From a virus: 16,665 nt of DNA. The position numbers and the translations under genes were made by a program. The notes below the pieces were generated by a model, which saw nothing but the letters and a program-made list of their open reading frames with translations, had not been told where the DNA came from and made no database searches. Where the stretch lies: the UHGV virus genome UHGV-0077406, one strand, 5' to 3'. How positions within the stretch are numbered: the first letter of the stretch is position 1; each line of letters opens with the position of its first letter. Shown here piece by piece: positions 16,512 to 16,665 of this stretch.

Positions 16512-16665
16512 ATGAAATCAATGGACAAAATCTCAACTGGCATTGCCTACGGAACATCCGCTGGTAGTGCGGGATACTGGTTTTTGCAGTGGTTGGATCA
16601 GGTCAGTCCATCACAGTGGGCTGCGATTGGTGTACTGGGGAGTCTGGTTCTGGGCTTCCTGACAT
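16512..16665 (+). CDS. S: Pinholin (phage 21 S-type holin/antiholin with dual start), partial; continues past the window end
   Basis: GGCGGAGG RBS; '[50 protein letters not shown]' with starts at codons 1 and 4 (16512 and 16521), as in the S21 antiholin/holin pair. Confidence 0.7.
   Translation, partial: MKSMDKISTGIAYGTSAGSAGYWFLQWLDQVSPSQWAAIGVLGSLVLGFLT

Noticed and set aside
16283-16543. 86-aa ORF on the minus strand
   Set aside because: Overlaps both tRNA genes and the holin start; the tRNA cloverleaf folds explain this sequence better.

Overview
This window is the early/regulatory half of a mosaic lambdoid prophage (enterobacterial, E. coli-type). Calls rest on reading the translations and DNA motifs by eye; no database search was run. 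Leftward (pL) operon on the minus strand: a Sak4-like ATPase plus SSB-like partner recombination module, Kil-like, cIII, a SieB-like membrane protein, and a non-lambda N antiterminator. The immunity region is essentially phage lambda: cI, cro, and the OL1-3 and OR1-3 operators are recognisable at the DNA level. Rightward (pR) operon: a divergent cII, an O-like initiator with internal ori iterons, a primase-helicase interrupted by a LAGLIDADG intein, a free-standing HNH-AP2 endonuclease, the nin region (NinB, Dam methyltransferase, NinE/F/G/H, Ser/Thr phosphatase), a Q-family antiterminator, two tRNAs and the start of a dual-start pinholin. The most interesting locus is the slot between OL and cI where lambda carries rexB-rexA: here it holds an AT-rich, translationally coupled two-gene cassette (a 159-aa minimal pol-beta-type nucleotidyltransferase and a 310-aa protein with no recognisable motifs) with its own terminator. 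I propose it as a candidate undescribed lysogen-expressed anti-phage or abortive-infection system.
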